Shown: positions 29,059 to 39,394, counted from the first letter of the stretch. The stretch is 64,000 nucleotides of DNA from Tepidamorphus sp. (GCA_028280885.1 JANQKY010000114.1:7-64006); one strand, 5' to 3'. Numbers and translations are program-made. Notes: a model not told the origin generated them from the letters alone.

Positions 29059-30366
29059 ATGGCCAGACGCAAATCCGCTATCAAGTCCCCGGCCAGATCC
29101 AGGCCCGCGCCGGCCGTGCGCCGGTCCCGCGGCCCGCTGCGGGTGCTGGGCACCTCGGTGACCCAGACCCGGGCGATCAAGCAGGCCGCGGCCGAAGACC
29201 TCGGCCTCGCCTTCGACTTCATCACCCGCGACGGCACCGAGGCCCAGCGCCAGGGGGCGCTGCGCCCCGACACGTTCGACGTCTACGATCAGTGGTTCCA
29301 CGATATCGACCTGATCTGGTCGACCGGCTCGGTGCAGCCGATCGACATCACCCGCATCACCCGCTGGGAGGAGATCAACGACCTGCCCAAGACGGGCCGG
29401 CTGCGCGCCGACCTGCCGCGTCCGCTCGGCGGCGATCCCTCAAAGCGGCTGTTCGTGCAGCTCGACGGCTCGCTCGGCGACGCGCCGTCCGCCCGGATCA
29501 GCATGGTGCCGACCGCGCACAACGCCGACAGTTTCGCGGTCATCGGCTGCGATCCGGCGACCGTCGGCAGCTGGGGCGTGCTGCTCGATCCGGACTGGTC
29601 GGGCCGCATCATCCTGCAGCGCGACGCGGCAATCGGCTGCCTGGACATGCTGCTGGCGATGCAGGCGCGCGGCGAATTGCTGGGCGCCGATCTCGGCGAC
29701 CTGTCGCTGGAGGAGATCCGCGCCCTGACCGAACGGCTGCGCGAACTCGTCCAGCGCGGCCATTTCCGCTGCGTCTGGGCCGACGAGGCCGAGGCGGTGC
29801 TGGCGATGCAGGCGGCGGCGCAGTCGGGCACGCCGATGCTCGGCTCGATGTGGTGGTCGGGCCTCACCCGGCTGCGCGCCTCGGGCACGCCGGTCTCGAT
29901 GGTGACGCCGGCCGAGGGCTATCGCGGCTGGTTCGGCGGGCTGGCGCTGTCGGCCCTGGTCGGCGACTGGGCGCGCGATGCGGCTTACGACTTCATCAAC
30001 TGGTGGCTCGACGGGCGCCCCGGCGCGATGATGGCCCGGTCCGGCGCCTATATCGCCAATCCCGATCCGGTGCGCCGCTATCTGAGCACCGACGAATGGG
30101 GCTTCTGGTACGAGGGCAAGCCCGCGCATGCCGATATCCGCGACCAGGACGGCTCGGTGATCTACCGCTCCGGCGACCGGCGCGAGGGTGGCGACTACGT
30201 CCAGCGGATGTCGCGTGTCCGGGTCTGGGACACGGTGATGAACGAGCACAATTATCTCGTCCGGCTGTGGGAATCGGCGCTCGCCGAATCGCAGCGCCGG
30301 TTCAGGGAGCCTGTCGTTGCAGGTAGCCCGGGATCGCCGGCTCCGGAAAGACCGATATCGCCATAA
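29059..30366 (+). CDS. PotD-like solute-binding-protein homolog lacking a hydrophobic signal peptide
   Basis: Paralog of 35992-37203 (MVPT, EGYRxW, GFWYEGKP shared); basic N-terminus with no h-region. Confidence 0.75.
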   Translation: MARRKSAIKSPARSRPAPAVRRSRGPLRVLGTSVTQTRAIKQAAAEDLGLAFDFITRDGTEAQRQGALRPDTFDVYDQWFHDIDLIWSTGSVQPIDITRITRWEEINDLPKTGRLRADLPRPLGGDPSKRLFVQLDGSLGDAPSARISMVPTAHNADSFAVIGCDPATVGSWGVLLDPDWSGRIILQRDAAIGCLDMLLAMQARGELLGADLGDLSLEEIRALTERLRELVQRGHFRCVWADEAEAVLAMQAAAQSGTPMLGSMWWSGLTRLRASGTPVSMVTPAEGYRGWFGGLALSALVGDWARDAAYDFINWWLDGRPGAMMARSGAYIANPDPVRRYLSTDEWGFWYEGKPAHADIRDQDGSVIYRSGDRREGGDYVQRMSRVRVWDTVMNEHNYLVRLWESALAESQRRFREPVVAGSPGSPAPERPISP

Positions 30367-31318
30367 GCCGCTGCCGGGTCCGCTCGGCCGACAGGCGCAT
30401 ATGCTCCTGAAGGCAGTCGGCCGCCGCGCCGTGGGCCTTGCGGATGACGAAATCCAGCACGATCGAATGCTCCTGAATCGCGATCTCGAAGGGCCGCGAG
30501 CCGACGAAGGAGGCGAACACCTTGTTCACCACCAGCGCGATCTGGGTCTGGCGGATCATGCGCAGGAGATAGGTGTTGGGCGAGCGCGCCAGCAGCCGCA
30601 CATGCAGGTCGGTCTCCAGGTCGGCGATCCGCTCGGCGTCGAGCGTGATCCGGCCGGCGATCGCGTCGCTCACCGTTGCGCGCATGCGTTCGATTTCCTC
30701 GGGCGGCGTCAACGGGGCGCTGTCGATCAGCGCCAGCGGCTCGAGCTTGCCGCGGATCGTGAAGTAATGGGCGACGTCCCGCGCCGTCAGCGGCCCGACC
30801 ACCCAATGCGAGCGCAGGTCCTTGCGCACCAGTCCGCGATCCTGAAAGCGCGACAGCAGTTCGCGCACCACGTTGCGGCTCACCGCGAAGTGATCGGCGG
30901 CGGCCTGCTCGTTGATGCGGAACTGGCCGAACGGCAGCGCGTTGGCGAGGCTTTCCTCGAAGGCGCTGGCGATGCGCTGGGCGGTCGCCGGCTGCGGCTC
31001 GGGCAGCACGTGGCCGGGCAGGCCGAGCATCTGCCGGGTCAGCGGCACCCGCACCGGCGCGGAGTTGCCGGAGCCGGAGACGACGAAGCCGCGTCCGTCG
31101 AAACGGGCGATCAGGCCATTGTCCCTGAGCAGGCCGAGCGCGGTGCGCACCGGAGTGCGGCTGGTGCCGAACAGTTCGGCGATCTGACCTTCGGTCAGGA
31201 TCGTCCCCTCGCCCAGCGAGCCGGCCGAAATCGCCTGCGCCAGGGCCTGCTCTATCGTGACGTAGCGCGGCGCCGGGCGGATATGGGGGTCGTCCTGTCC
31301 TGGTATCGGCGATTGCAC
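30302..31318 (-). CDS. GntR/FCD-family regulator with two wHTH domains
   Basis: LTEGQIAELFGTSRTPVRTAL and INEQAAADHFAVSRNVVRELL HTHs, then FCD (LH..LL..SPN, QEH); GTG start. Confidence 0.85.
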   Translation of the reverse strand: MQSPIPGQDDPHIRPAPRYVTIEQALAQAISAGSLGEGTILTEGQIAELFGTSRTPVRTALGLLRDNGLIARFDGRGFVVSGSGNSAPVRVPLTRQMLGLPGHVLPEPQPATAQRIASAFEESLANALPFGQFRINEQAAADHFAVSRNVVRELLSRFQDRGLVRKDLRSHWVVGPLTARDVAHYFTIRGKLEPLALIDSAPLTPPEEIERMRATVSDAIAGRITLDAERIADLETDLHVRLLARSPNTYLLRMIRQTQIALVVNKVFASFVGSRPFEIAIQEHSIVLDFVIRKAHGAAADCLQEHMRLSAERTRQRLMAISVFPEPAIPGYLQRQAP

Positions 31319-31407
31319 CTTGCGCGTCCGGCGTGCGTCCTGTCGATTGGTTCACCACATCGTAGCCGAATGTACTTCGCGGACGAAAGTCATTTTTTTC
31401 AATCAAA

Positions 31408-31426
31408 CATGTTACTTTATAACATG
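31408..31426. promoter_or_regulatory. Palindrome CATGTTA-N5-TAACATG, candidate GntR operator
   Basis: Perfect 7-bp arms in the AT-rich divergent spacer between gntR and the ABC operon. Confidence 0.5.
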
Positions 31427-31553
31427 ATTTTTGGAAAAATTGGCTGGCAAACGACAAATTGCGCGAGAACAATTTGACTTTTGCGGACGATAGTCACACC
31501 ATCAGTCATCCTAGGAAGTTTCTCGACACCGACGGAAAAGGACCCATCCGACG

Positions 31554-32657
31554 ATGATGGAGTTGCGCGGCCTTTCGAAATCGTACGATGGCCGGTCGGC
31601 AATCGCCGACCTGTCGCTGCGGGTCGAGGACGATGAATATCTAACCCTTCTGGGGCCGTCGGGGTCCGGCAAGACGACGCTCCTGCGCCTTGTAGCCGGG
31701 CTCGACCTGCCCGAGCACGGCCGCATCAGCCTGAACGGCCAGGACATTACCGCGCTGCCGACCTACCGGCGCGGCCTGGGCTTCGTGCAGCAGAACTATG
31801 CGCTGTTTCCGCACATGTCGGTCGCCGACAACATCGCCTTCGGCCTGCGCAACCGGGTCGAAAGCCCGGTCAGCGACGAACAGGAGGTCGAGCGGCGCGT
31901 CGCCGCGATGATGGACCTGGTCGGCCTGCAGGGTCTCGGCAACCGCATGGTCGGCCAGATCTCCGGCGGCCAGAAGCAGCGCGTTTCGCTTGCCCGCACC
32001 CTGATCACCGAGCCGAAGGTCTGTCTCCTCGACGAGCCGCTGGGCGCGCTCGACGCCAATCTGCGCGAGCGCATGACGGTGGAACTGCGCAACATCCGCC
32101 AGTCGCTCGGGGTGACCTTCTTCCACGTCACCGGCAACGAGAGCGAGGCGCTGGCGATGGGCGACCGGATGATCGTGCTCGACGAGGGGCGGGCGATCCA
32201 GGTCGCCCCGCCCGACGAGATCTTCGACCGGCCGGCGACCGTTCGCGTCGCCAAATTCGTCAACAGTTACAACATCCTGGAAGGCGGCGTCACGGATGGC
32301 GTGTTCGTCTGCGGCGACCTGCGCCTGCCGGTGCCGGACGGCGGGGCGGACACCCGCTACATTGCCGTGCGCTACGATACGCCGTCCTTCGAGGCCGAGG
32401 GAACTGACGGCGCGGCCGGCCAGGCCGGCCTCACCGCGACCTTCCTGACCAGCGAATTCATGGGCAGCCGCGTGGTTTACTTCTTCCGCAGCGAGGCGGG
32501 GACGGTGTTCGAGGTCGAACGCCATCTCAGCCGCTCCGATCCGGAGACCTTCACCGGCGGAGACCGCAAACGGCTCGGCTGGCCGGTATCCGAAACCCTG
32601 TTCTTCGACGGCAATGGAGACCGGCTCGTCGTGACGCATGCTAGGGGGGCGGCCTGA
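31554..32657 (+). CDS. PotA-like ABC ATP-binding protein (H-loop His replaced by Gly)
   Basis: [21 protein letters not shown]; switch region reads HVTGNESEA. Confidence 0.9.
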   Translation: MMELRGLSKSYDGRSAIADLSLRVEDDEYLTLLGPSGSGKTTLLRLVAGLDLPEHGRISLNGQDITALPTYRRGLGFVQQNYALFPHMSVADNIAFGLRNRVESPVSDEQEVERRVAAMMDLVGLQGLGNRMVGQISGGQKQRVSLARTLITEPKVCLLDEPLGALDANLRERMTVELRNIRQSLGVTFFHVTGNESEALAMGDRMIVLDEGRAIQVAPPDEIFDRPATVRVAKFVNSYNILEGGVTDGVFVCGDLRLPVPDGGADTRYIAVRYDTPSFEAEGTDGAAGQAGLTATFLTSEFMGSRVVYFFRSEAGTVFEVERHLSRSDPETFTGGDRKRLGWPVSETLFFDGNGDRLVVTHARGAA

Positions 32658-33571
32658 TGAGCCTGTCCGAAACGGCCGGGGCCAAGATGGCCGACGGCGG
32701 AACCGAGGCGCCCAAGCAGGCCTTCTGGGTCCGCAACGGCCATTTCCTTCTGCTCGCGCCGGGCGTGGTCTGGATGATCCTGTTCCTGGTCATACCCTTG
32801 ATCATGATGGTCTATGTCAGCTTCTGGACGCAGACGACCTTTGCGATCAAGTCGGACCTGACCACCAAGAGCTGGGTTACCTTCTTCGCCTCGGAAACCT
32901 ATTTCGGGGCGCTGCTCAGGACCCTGCGGATCTGGCTGACGGTGCTGTTCTTCACCCTGCTGATCGGCTATCCGACGGCCCTGTTCATCGGCCAGTTCGT
33001 CCGCAACAAGACGGTCCAGACGATCCTGCTGGTCGCCTGCGTCATTCCGTTCTGGACCTCCTTCCTGATCCGCGTGCTGGCCTGGCGGCCGATGCTCGGC
33101 AAGGAAGGGGCGATCAACATCGTTTTGCAGAAGATCGGGATCATTTCGGAGCCGATCGAGGTGCTGCTGTTCACCGAACTGTCGGTCATCATCGGCATGG
33201 TGCAGATCTATGTCGTCTTCATGGTCGGGCCGATCGCCTTCATGCTGGCGCGCATCGACGAGAGCCTGATCGAGGCAGCCCGGGATCTGGGCGCCTCGGC
33301 CTGGACCATCTTCCGCAAGATCATCTTTCCGCTCAGCCTGCCGGGCGTCGTCGTCGGGGCGATCTTCGTCTCCGTCATGGTGCTCGGCGAATTCGCCACC
33401 GCGGCCGCGCTGTCGGGCCGCAAGGTCAATCTGCTCGGCAACATCATCGTGACGCAGGTCGGGTCGCTGAAATGGGCCTTCGCCGCCGTCGTCGGCGTCA
33501 TCCTGACCGTGGTCATGGCGATCGTCATCACGACGTTGCTGCGTGTCGTCAATCTCAGACGGGAACTGTGA
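32657..33571 (+). CDS. PotB-like ABC permease
   Basis: IPFWTSFLIR, LIEAARDLGA, IFPLSLPG. Confidence 0.9.
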   Translation: MSLSETAGAKMADGGTEAPKQAFWVRNGHFLLLAPGVVWMILFLVIPLIMMVYVSFWTQTTFAIKSDLTTKSWVTFFASETYFGALLRTLRIWLTVLFFTLLIGYPTALFIGQFVRNKTVQTILLVACVIPFWTSFLIRVLAWRPMLGKEGAINIVLQKIGIISEPIEVLLFTELSVIIGMVQIYVVFMVGPIAFMLARIDESLIEAARDLGASAWTIFRKIIFPLSLPGVVVGAIFVSVMVLGEFATAAALSGRKVNLLGNIIVTQVGSLKWAFAAVVGVILTVVMAIVITTLLRVVNLRREL

Positions 33572-33584
33572 GGGGGACACGCAC

Positions 33585-34442
33585 ATGCATCGACTGACCT
33601 CACTGCGCTGGATCCTGGCCTTCTATACCGCGCTGTTCATCATCTTCCTGTACGGCCCCTTCGTCGTGATGGCGATCCTGAGCTTCCAGCAGGGGCCGGA
33701 GGGCGGACCGCAATTCCCGATCATCGAGTGGTCGACCTTCTGGTACAAGCACGTGCTCGGCTTCGCCCCGCCCTCGCGGATCGCGCCGCTGCCGATCGGC
33801 GAGGCGCTGACCCGCTCGCTGACGCTGGCCTTCGCCACCATGGTCGTGTCGACCCTGCTCGGCACGCTCACCGCGCAGGCCTTCCGCACCCGCTTCAAGG
33901 GCTCGGGCGTGGTGTTCTATCTGGTCGTCCTGGGCATGATGGTGCCGGGCGTCCTGCTTGGCCTCGGGATGGCGCTGGTCGCCGACCAGTTCGGCATCCA
34001 GCGGACCTGGTGGGGCACCGCCTTCGTGCTGCACGTGGTCTACACCTATCCCTTCGCCTTCCTGGTGATGCTGGCGATCTTCAACCGCTTCGACCGGTCG
34101 ATCGAGGAGGCCTCCTGGGCGCTCGGCGTGCCGCCGGGACGGACATTCCGGAAAGTCACCTTCCCGATGATCTTCCCCGGTGTCCTGTCGGCCATGCTGT
34201 TCGCCCTGACGCTCAGCTACGATGAATTCCCGCGCACGCTGTTCACCGGCGGCAACCAGGTCACCATGCCGATCGCCATCTACGGCACCTTCGCCGTCGA
34301 GATCCATCCCAACCTGTTCGCCTTCGGGGTGCTGACGACCCTGTTCTCGTTCGCGCTGCTGGTCGTCTATGGGACGTTGATGAGCCTATCCATCCGCCGT
34401 GCCCGCGCCCGCGTCAGCGGCATCCAGGAGGATGTCACATGA
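33585..34442 (+). CDS. PotC-like ABC permease
   Basis: FLYGP, IEEASWALG, LSYDEF; ATG at 33585 after GGGGGA. Confidence 0.9.
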   Translation: MHRLTSLRWILAFYTALFIIFLYGPFVVMAILSFQQGPEGGPQFPIIEWSTFWYKHVLGFAPPSRIAPLPIGEALTRSLTLAFATMVVSTLLGTLTAQAFRTRFKGSGVVFYLVVLGMMVPGVLLGLGMALVADQFGIQRTWWGTAFVLHVVYTYPFAFLVMLAIFNRFDRSIEEASWALGVPPGRTFRKVTFPMIFPGVLSAMLFALTLSYDEFPRTLFTGGNQVTMPIAIYGTFAVEIHPNLFAFGVLTTLFSFALLVVYGTLMSLSIRRARARVSGIQEDVT

Positions 34443-35185
34443 GCCGGCTCAGCCATCACGCGGCAGTCGTCACCGGAGCCGGCGCCGGGATCGGCCGGGC
34501 GATCGCCCTGCGGCTTGCCGGCGAGGGCGCCAGGGTCGTCGTCAACGACCTCGACGCCGCCTCGGCCGACGAGACCGTCGCCATGATCGCGGCTGCCGGC
34601 GGCACGGCGCTCGCCGCACAGGGCGATGTCAGCGTCGAGGCGGATGTCGACCGTGCGTTCGCGACCTGTGAGCAGGCCTGGGGGGGCTGCTCGCTGCTGG
34701 TCAACAATGCCGGCGTCGTCCAGCAGGTCCGGCTCGCCGAGATGGCCCCGGACGACTGGGACCGGATGATCGCGGTGCATCTGCGCGGCTGCTTCCTGGG
34801 CTGCCGCCGGGCGATCGGCCCGATGCTTGCCGCCGGCTCCGGCGCGATCGTCAACATCGCATCGCAGCTCGGCCAGATCGGCGGCATCGAACTCAGCCAC
34901 TACTCCGCTGCCAAGGCCGGCATCATCGGCCTCACCAAGTCGCTTGCCCGCGAGGTGAGCGCGGCGGGCGTGCGGGTGAACGCGGTGGCGCCCGGCCCGA
35001 TCAACACCGAACTGGTGCTGGCGCTGTCGGACGACTGGCGCAAGGCCAAGGCGGCGGAACTGCCGCTCGGGCATTTCGGGGCGCCGGAGGATGTCGCGGC
35101 GACCGCCGCCTTCCTCGCCTCCGACGATGCGAAAATCTATGTCGGCCAGACGCTTGGCCCGAATTCCGGCGATGTGATGTTGTAG
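34439..35185 (+). CDS. SDR oxidoreductase
   Basis: TGAGAGIG, NNAG, YSAAK, VNAVAPG. Confidence 0.9.
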   Translation: MSRLSHHAAVVTGAGAGIGRAIALRLAGEGARVVVNDLDAASADETVAMIAAAGGTALAAQGDVSVEADVDRAFATCEQAWGGCSLLVNNAGVVQQVRLAEMAPDDWDRMIAVHLRGCFLGCRRAIGPMLAAGSGAIVNIASQLGQIGGIELSHYSAAKAGIIGLTKSLAREVSAAGVRVNAVAPGPINTELVLALSDDWRKAKAAELPLGHFGAPEDVAATAAFLASDDAKIYVGQTLGPNSGDVML

Positions 35186-35195
35186 AGGGGAAACA

Positions 35196-35948
35196 ATGAA
35201 GACAGTCCTTATCACGGGCGCGGGAATCGGCATCGGCCGGGCCACAGCGCATGCCTTCGCCGGCGCCGGCTACCGGGTCGTCGTGACCGACATCCTGACC
35301 GATGAAGGCTCAGCCGTCGTCAACGCGATCAAGGAACAGGGCGGCACCGCCGAATTCCACGCCCTCGACGTCACCTCGACGGATGCCGCCGACGCCGTCG
35401 TCCGGATCGTCGAGGCCAGCTACGGCCCGCTCGACACGATCGTCTGCAATGCCGGGATCGCCCACAAGGTGCCGCTCGATCAGCTCACCGACGAGAAGTG
35501 GGACTTCACCTTCGACATCGATCTGAAGGGCATGATGCGGGTGGTCCGCGCCGCCGCCCCGAAAATGCGCGCGGCCAGGACCGGATCGATCATCTGCCTG
35601 AGCTCGATCATGGGTGTCGCCTATGGCTGGGACGAGCATGTCCATTATTCGGCGGCGAAGTCCGGCGTCGTCGGCCTGGTGCGCGGCCTTGCCGTGGAAC
35701 TGGCCGCCGACGGCGTGCGCGTCAACGGCGTCGCGCCCGGCTATGTCCGCACCGCCCAGGCCCTGTCGGAGGAGCATTCGCTCGGCCCCGCCGGCCTCGA
35801 CAAGGCATCCGAATTCATTCCGATGGGCAGGGTCGGCGAAGCCGACGACATCGCCGACGTCATCCTTTTCCTCGCATCCGATGCGGCCCGGTACATGACC
35901 GGCCAGGTCGTCACAGTGGATGGAGGTCTGTTGGTCGGCCGCTACTAG
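35196..35948 (+). CDS. SDR oxidoreductase
   Basis: TGAGIGIG, CNAG, YSAAK, VNGVAPG. Confidence 0.9.
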   Translation: MKTVLITGAGIGIGRATAHAFAGAGYRVVVTDILTDEGSAVVNAIKEQGGTAEFHALDVTSTDAADAVVRIVEASYGPLDTIVCNAGIAHKVPLDQLTDEKWDFTFDIDLKGMMRVVRAAAPKMRAARTGSIICLSSIMGVAYGWDEHVHYSAAKSGVVGLVRGLAVELAADGVRVNGVAPGYVRTAQALSEEHSLGPAGLDKASEFIPMGRVGEADDIADVILFLASDAARYMTGQVVTVDGGLLVGRY

Positions 35949-35991
35949 GCCGGCCGCATTCCGGTCGATGAACCAGAAGGGAGAGCAACGA

Positions 35992-37203
35992 ATGAAACTG
36001 TTTCACCCAACACGCCGGGGCTTCCTGGCCGGAGCGGGCGCGCTGACCGCCTCCTCCGCGCTGATGCGTCCCGATATGCTCTGGGCGCAAAGCCTGGGCG
36101 ATCAGGAGCTGCGCACCGTCGGTCTGTCGGTGACGGTCCAGGAGCGTATCCTCAACGACTTCAAGGAAAAGTCGGGCGTCGGCTCGGTGTCGGGCAAGGC
36201 CGACATCTTCCCCAACACCCAGACCGAGCTGCTGTCGGGCTCGAACGCCTATGACGTATGGGAAACGATCGGCGAGCGCCTGCCGGCGATGACCGTGACC
36301 AACACGATCGTGCCGATCCCGGTCGCCGACCTGTCCAACTGGGCCAATATCCGGCCGATCTTCACCGAGACCGACCCGCGCATGTCCGAGCGGGCGCAGA
36401 TCTCCGGCCAGATCTGGGCCGATGCCGACCACACCGAATTGTGGATGGTCCCGACCGTCTTCAACTTCGACTCCATCGGCTATCGCCCCGATCTCGTCAG
36501 CGCCGAGGAAGCCAATACCTGGACCTCGCTGTTCGATCCGAAGTTCAAGGGCAAGACCGGCCTGAACGTCGACCCGCTGATCGCCTTCGGCGAGGCGATC
36601 CTGGCGATGAACTCGCTGGGCCTGCTCGACGTGCCGAACCCGGGCAACCCCAATGCCGAGGAGATCGACGAGGCAGCCAAGTTCCTGATCGACAAGAAGA
36701 AGGACGGCCAGTTCCGGGCGCTCTGGGGCGACTTCGGCGAGCTCGTCAACCTGCTCGCATCGGGCGAGATGATCCTTGCCGACGCCTGGCAGCCGGCCGT
36801 GATGGCGGTCAAGGCGCAGGGCATCGAGTGCTCCTACGCGGTGCCGAAGGAAGGCTACCGGGCCTGGTCGATCGGCCTCTCGCAGATCGCCAACTCGCCG
36901 AACCCCGAGGCCGTGCGCGCCTATGCCAACTACTGGCTGTCCGGGCCGCCGGCGATCATCGTCTCCGAGCAGGGCTACTATTCGCCGACGACCAATATCG
37001 AAGAGGTCATGAGCGCGGCGAAATACGGCTTCTGGTACGAGGGCAAGCCGTGGATCGGCGCGCCGGAGCGCGGCATCAAGGAAGGCGACCTGCGCGACGG
37101 CGGCTCGCTTCAGGAGCGTGCCTCGCATGTTTCCTACTGGCACCAGTGGCCGGACGAGTACGACCACCTGATCATGCGCTGGGACGAATTCCTGAGCGCC
37201 TGA
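35992..37203 (+). CDS. PotD/PotF-like substrate-binding protein with Tat signal
   Basis: TRRGFLAG twin-arginine leader; SIGYRPD, W..LFDP, PKEGY motifs; ATG at 35992. Confidence 0.88.
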   Translation: MKLFHPTRRGFLAGAGALTASSALMRPDMLWAQSLGDQELRTVGLSVTVQERILNDFKEKSGVGSVSGKADIFPNTQTELLSGSNAYDVWETIGERLPAMTVTNTIVPIPVADLSNWANIRPIFTETDPRMSERAQISGQIWADADHTELWMVPTVFNFDSIGYRPDLVSAEEANTWTSLFDPKFKGKTGLNVDPLIAFGEAILAMNSLGLLDVPNPGNPNAEEIDEAAKFLIDKKKDGQFRALWGDFGELVNLLASGEMILADAWQPAVMAVKAQGIECSYAVPKEGYRAWSIGLSQIANSPNPEAVRAYANYWLSGPPAIIVSEQGYYSPTTNIEEVMSAAKYGFWYEGKPWIGAPERGIKEGDLRDGGSLQERASHVSYWHQWPDEYDHLIMRWDEFLSA

Positions 37204-37222
37204 GGATCGACGCAACGGGAGG

Positions 37223-37248
37223 GGAGCCGCCGGTGCGCCGGCGGCTCC
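37223..37248 (+). terminator. GC stem-loop after the SBP gene (mRNA stabiliser or attenuator; no U-tract)
   Basis: GGAGCCGCCGG-tgcg-CCGGCGGCTCC, 11-bp perfect stem. Confidence 0.5.
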
Positions 37249-37282
37249 TCGCCACCTCATCACGTCAAGCGAGAACGCTTTC

Positions 37283-38398
37283 ATGTCCGACTTCGATCTG
37301 GAACTGGCCAGCCTGCGCAAGGTCTTTCCCGGCGGCACCGTCGCGGTGGACGATTTCGACCTGCAGGTGGAGCGGGGCGAGTTCATTTCCTTCGTCGGCC
37401 CGTCCGGCTGCGGCAAGACGACGACGCTGCGCATGATCGCCGGACTGGAGAGCATTTCGTCGGGCGGCCTGTTCATTCGCGGCAAGGACGTGACCCACGT
37501 GCCGACCGAGCAGCGTCCGACCGCCACGATCTTTCAGAATTACGCGATCTTTCCGCATATGAGCGTGCGCGAGAACATCGAATTCGGCCTGCGCGTCCGC
37601 AACCTGCCAGGGCCCGAGGTCAAGCGCCGTGTCGATGCGATGATCGACAAGCTGGAGCTCGGCGATGTCGCCGATGCGCGCGAATCGGTGCTGTCGGGCG
37701 GCCAGAAGCAGCGGCTTGCGCTCGGCCGCGGCCTGGTGACCGAGCCGGAAATCCTGCTGCTCGACGAGCCGCTCGGCGCGCTTGATGCCAATCTGCGCAA
37801 GTCGATCCAGGAAGAGCTGAAGATCCTGCAGCGCGAGCTGGGCATCACCTTCGTCTTCGTCACCCACGCCCAGGCCGAGGCGCTGAGCATGGGCGACCGG
37901 GTGGTGGTGATGAATGCCGGCCAGGTCGAGCAGATCTCCGATCCGTTCGAACTGTATACCCGGCCGAAATCGCCCTTCGTCGCGCGCTTCATCGGCCGCA
38001 ACAAGATCATTCCCGGAACGCTTGCCAGCGCCGATGCCAAGACGGCGGAAATCGCCACCGATTTCGGCGCGCTGCGCGGTGTTCCAAGCTTCGATGCCGC
38101 GTCCGCCGCCGCCGGCAGCAAGGCGATGGCCGTGGTGCCGTCCGAATATGTCGACGTGCTGCCGTCCGGTGCTCCCGTCGATACCGCCGATGGCGCTCTC
38201 GACGTGGTGACGGGCGCCGTCCAGTCCTATGACCGGGTCGGACAGGTCGTCTACATCGCCGTCGAACTGACCAACGGAACCGGCGTCCGCCTGGAAACCT
38301 ACCGCGAGAAGGTCGAGGACCGGGGCATCGCGCCCGGCTCGCAGGTCGAGCTGCGCTGGAAGCCCGAGCGAACGACGATCGTTCTGGATGCGGCCTGA
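37283..38398 (+). CDS. Second PotA-like ABC ATP-binding protein
   Basis: [33 protein letters not shown]-like C-terminus. Confidence 0.92.
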   Translation: MSDFDLELASLRKVFPGGTVAVDDFDLQVERGEFISFVGPSGCGKTTTLRMIAGLESISSGGLFIRGKDVTHVPTEQRPTATIFQNYAIFPHMSVRENIEFGLRVRNLPGPEVKRRVDAMIDKLELGDVADARESVLSGGQKQRLALGRGLVTEPEILLLDEPLGALDANLRKSIQEELKILQRELGITFVFVTHAQAEALSMGDRVVVMNAGQVEQISDPFELYTRPKSPFVARFIGRNKIIPGTLASADAKTAEIATDFGALRGVPSFDAASAAAGSKAMAVVPSEYVDVLPSGAPVDTADGALDVVTGAVQSYDRVGQVVYIAVELTNGTGVRLETYREKVEDRGIAPGSQVELRWKPERTTIVLDAA

Positions 38399-38457
38399 GC
38401 CGCTGGAGCAAGCTGGTCACGCCTTGCTCACCCTGTTGTTTAAAGGAGAGTACCAAC

Positions 38458-39333
38458 ATGGCTAAGGAAATCTTCTGCGCCTTCGGCGTCGACGTGGACG
38501 CGGTCGGCGGCTGGCTCGGCTCCTATGGTGGCGAGGACAGCCCCTGCGACATCAGCCGCGGCATGTTCTCCGGCGAGGTCGGCTCGATGCGCATCCTCAA
38601 ACTGTTCGAGCGGTTCGGCATCAAGTCGACCTGGTTCATCCCCGGTCACTCGATCGAGACCTTTCCCGAGCAGATGAAGGCGGTTGCCGAGGCCGGCCAC
38701 GAGATCGGCATGCACGGCTATTCGCACGAAAATCCCATCGCCATGACGCCGGAGCAGGAAGAGGCGGTGATGGACAAGTCGATCGAGCTGATCGAGAACC
38801 TGTGCGGCCGCCGGCCGACCGGCTATGTCGCGCCGTGGTGGGAGTTTTCGCCGGTCTCCAACGAGTTGCTGCTCAAAAAGGGCATCAAATACGATCATTC
38901 GCTGATGCATGACGATTTCACGCCCTATCGCGTGCGCGTCGGCGACACCTGGACGAAGATCGACTATTCCAAGAAGGCCGAGGACTGGATGAAGCCGCTG
39001 GTGCGCGGCCATGAGACCGATCTGATCGAGATCCCGGCCTCCTGGTATCTCGACGACCTGCCGCCGATGATGTTCATGAAGGCGGCGCCGAACAGTCACG
39101 GCTTCGTCAGCCCGCGCCATCTGGAGGAAATGTGGCGCGACCAGTTCGACTGGGTCTATCGCGAGATGGACTATGCGGTCGTGACCTTCACGATCCACCC
39201 GGACGTGTCGGGCAAGCCGCAGGTGCTGATGATGCTGGAGCGGCTCTACAACCACATCATCCGCCATCCGGGCGTGAAATTCACCACCTTCAACGACATC
39301 GCCGACGACTACGATCGACGCTTCCCGCGCTGA
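38458..39333 (+). CDS. CE4 / polysaccharide-deacetylase-family hydrolase (HpPgdA-like)
   Basis: [49 protein letters not shown]; strong AAGGAG RBS. Confidence 0.9.
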   Translation: MAKEIFCAFGVDVDAVGGWLGSYGGEDSPCDISRGMFSGEVGSMRILKLFERFGIKSTWFIPGHSIETFPEQMKAVAEAGHEIGMHGYSHENPIAMTPEQEEAVMDKSIELIENLCGRRPTGYVAPWWEFSPVSNELLLKKGIKYDHSLMHDDFTPYRVRVGDTWTKIDYSKKAEDWMKPLVRGHETDLIEIPASWYLDDLPPMMFMKAAPNSHGFVSPRHLEEMWRDQFDWVYREMDYAVVTFTIHPDVSGKPQVLMMLERLYNHIIRHPGVKFTTFNDIADDYDRRFPR

Positions 39334-39394
39334 GCGGCGGATACCCGTGTTTAGCCGGGGCGTTACGCGTCCCGGCCGTTTAGGGCAGGATGCC

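Noticed and set aside
31445-31462. Sigma54 promoter (TGGCA...TTGC) upstream of the Pot-like operon
   Set aside because: GG-to-GC spacing is 13 bp, not the required 10.
38458-39333. Peptidoglycan deacetylase pgdA call
   Set aside because: No signal or membrane anchor and it is embedded in a small-molecule uptake operon; a cytoplasmic amidohydrolase is more plausible.
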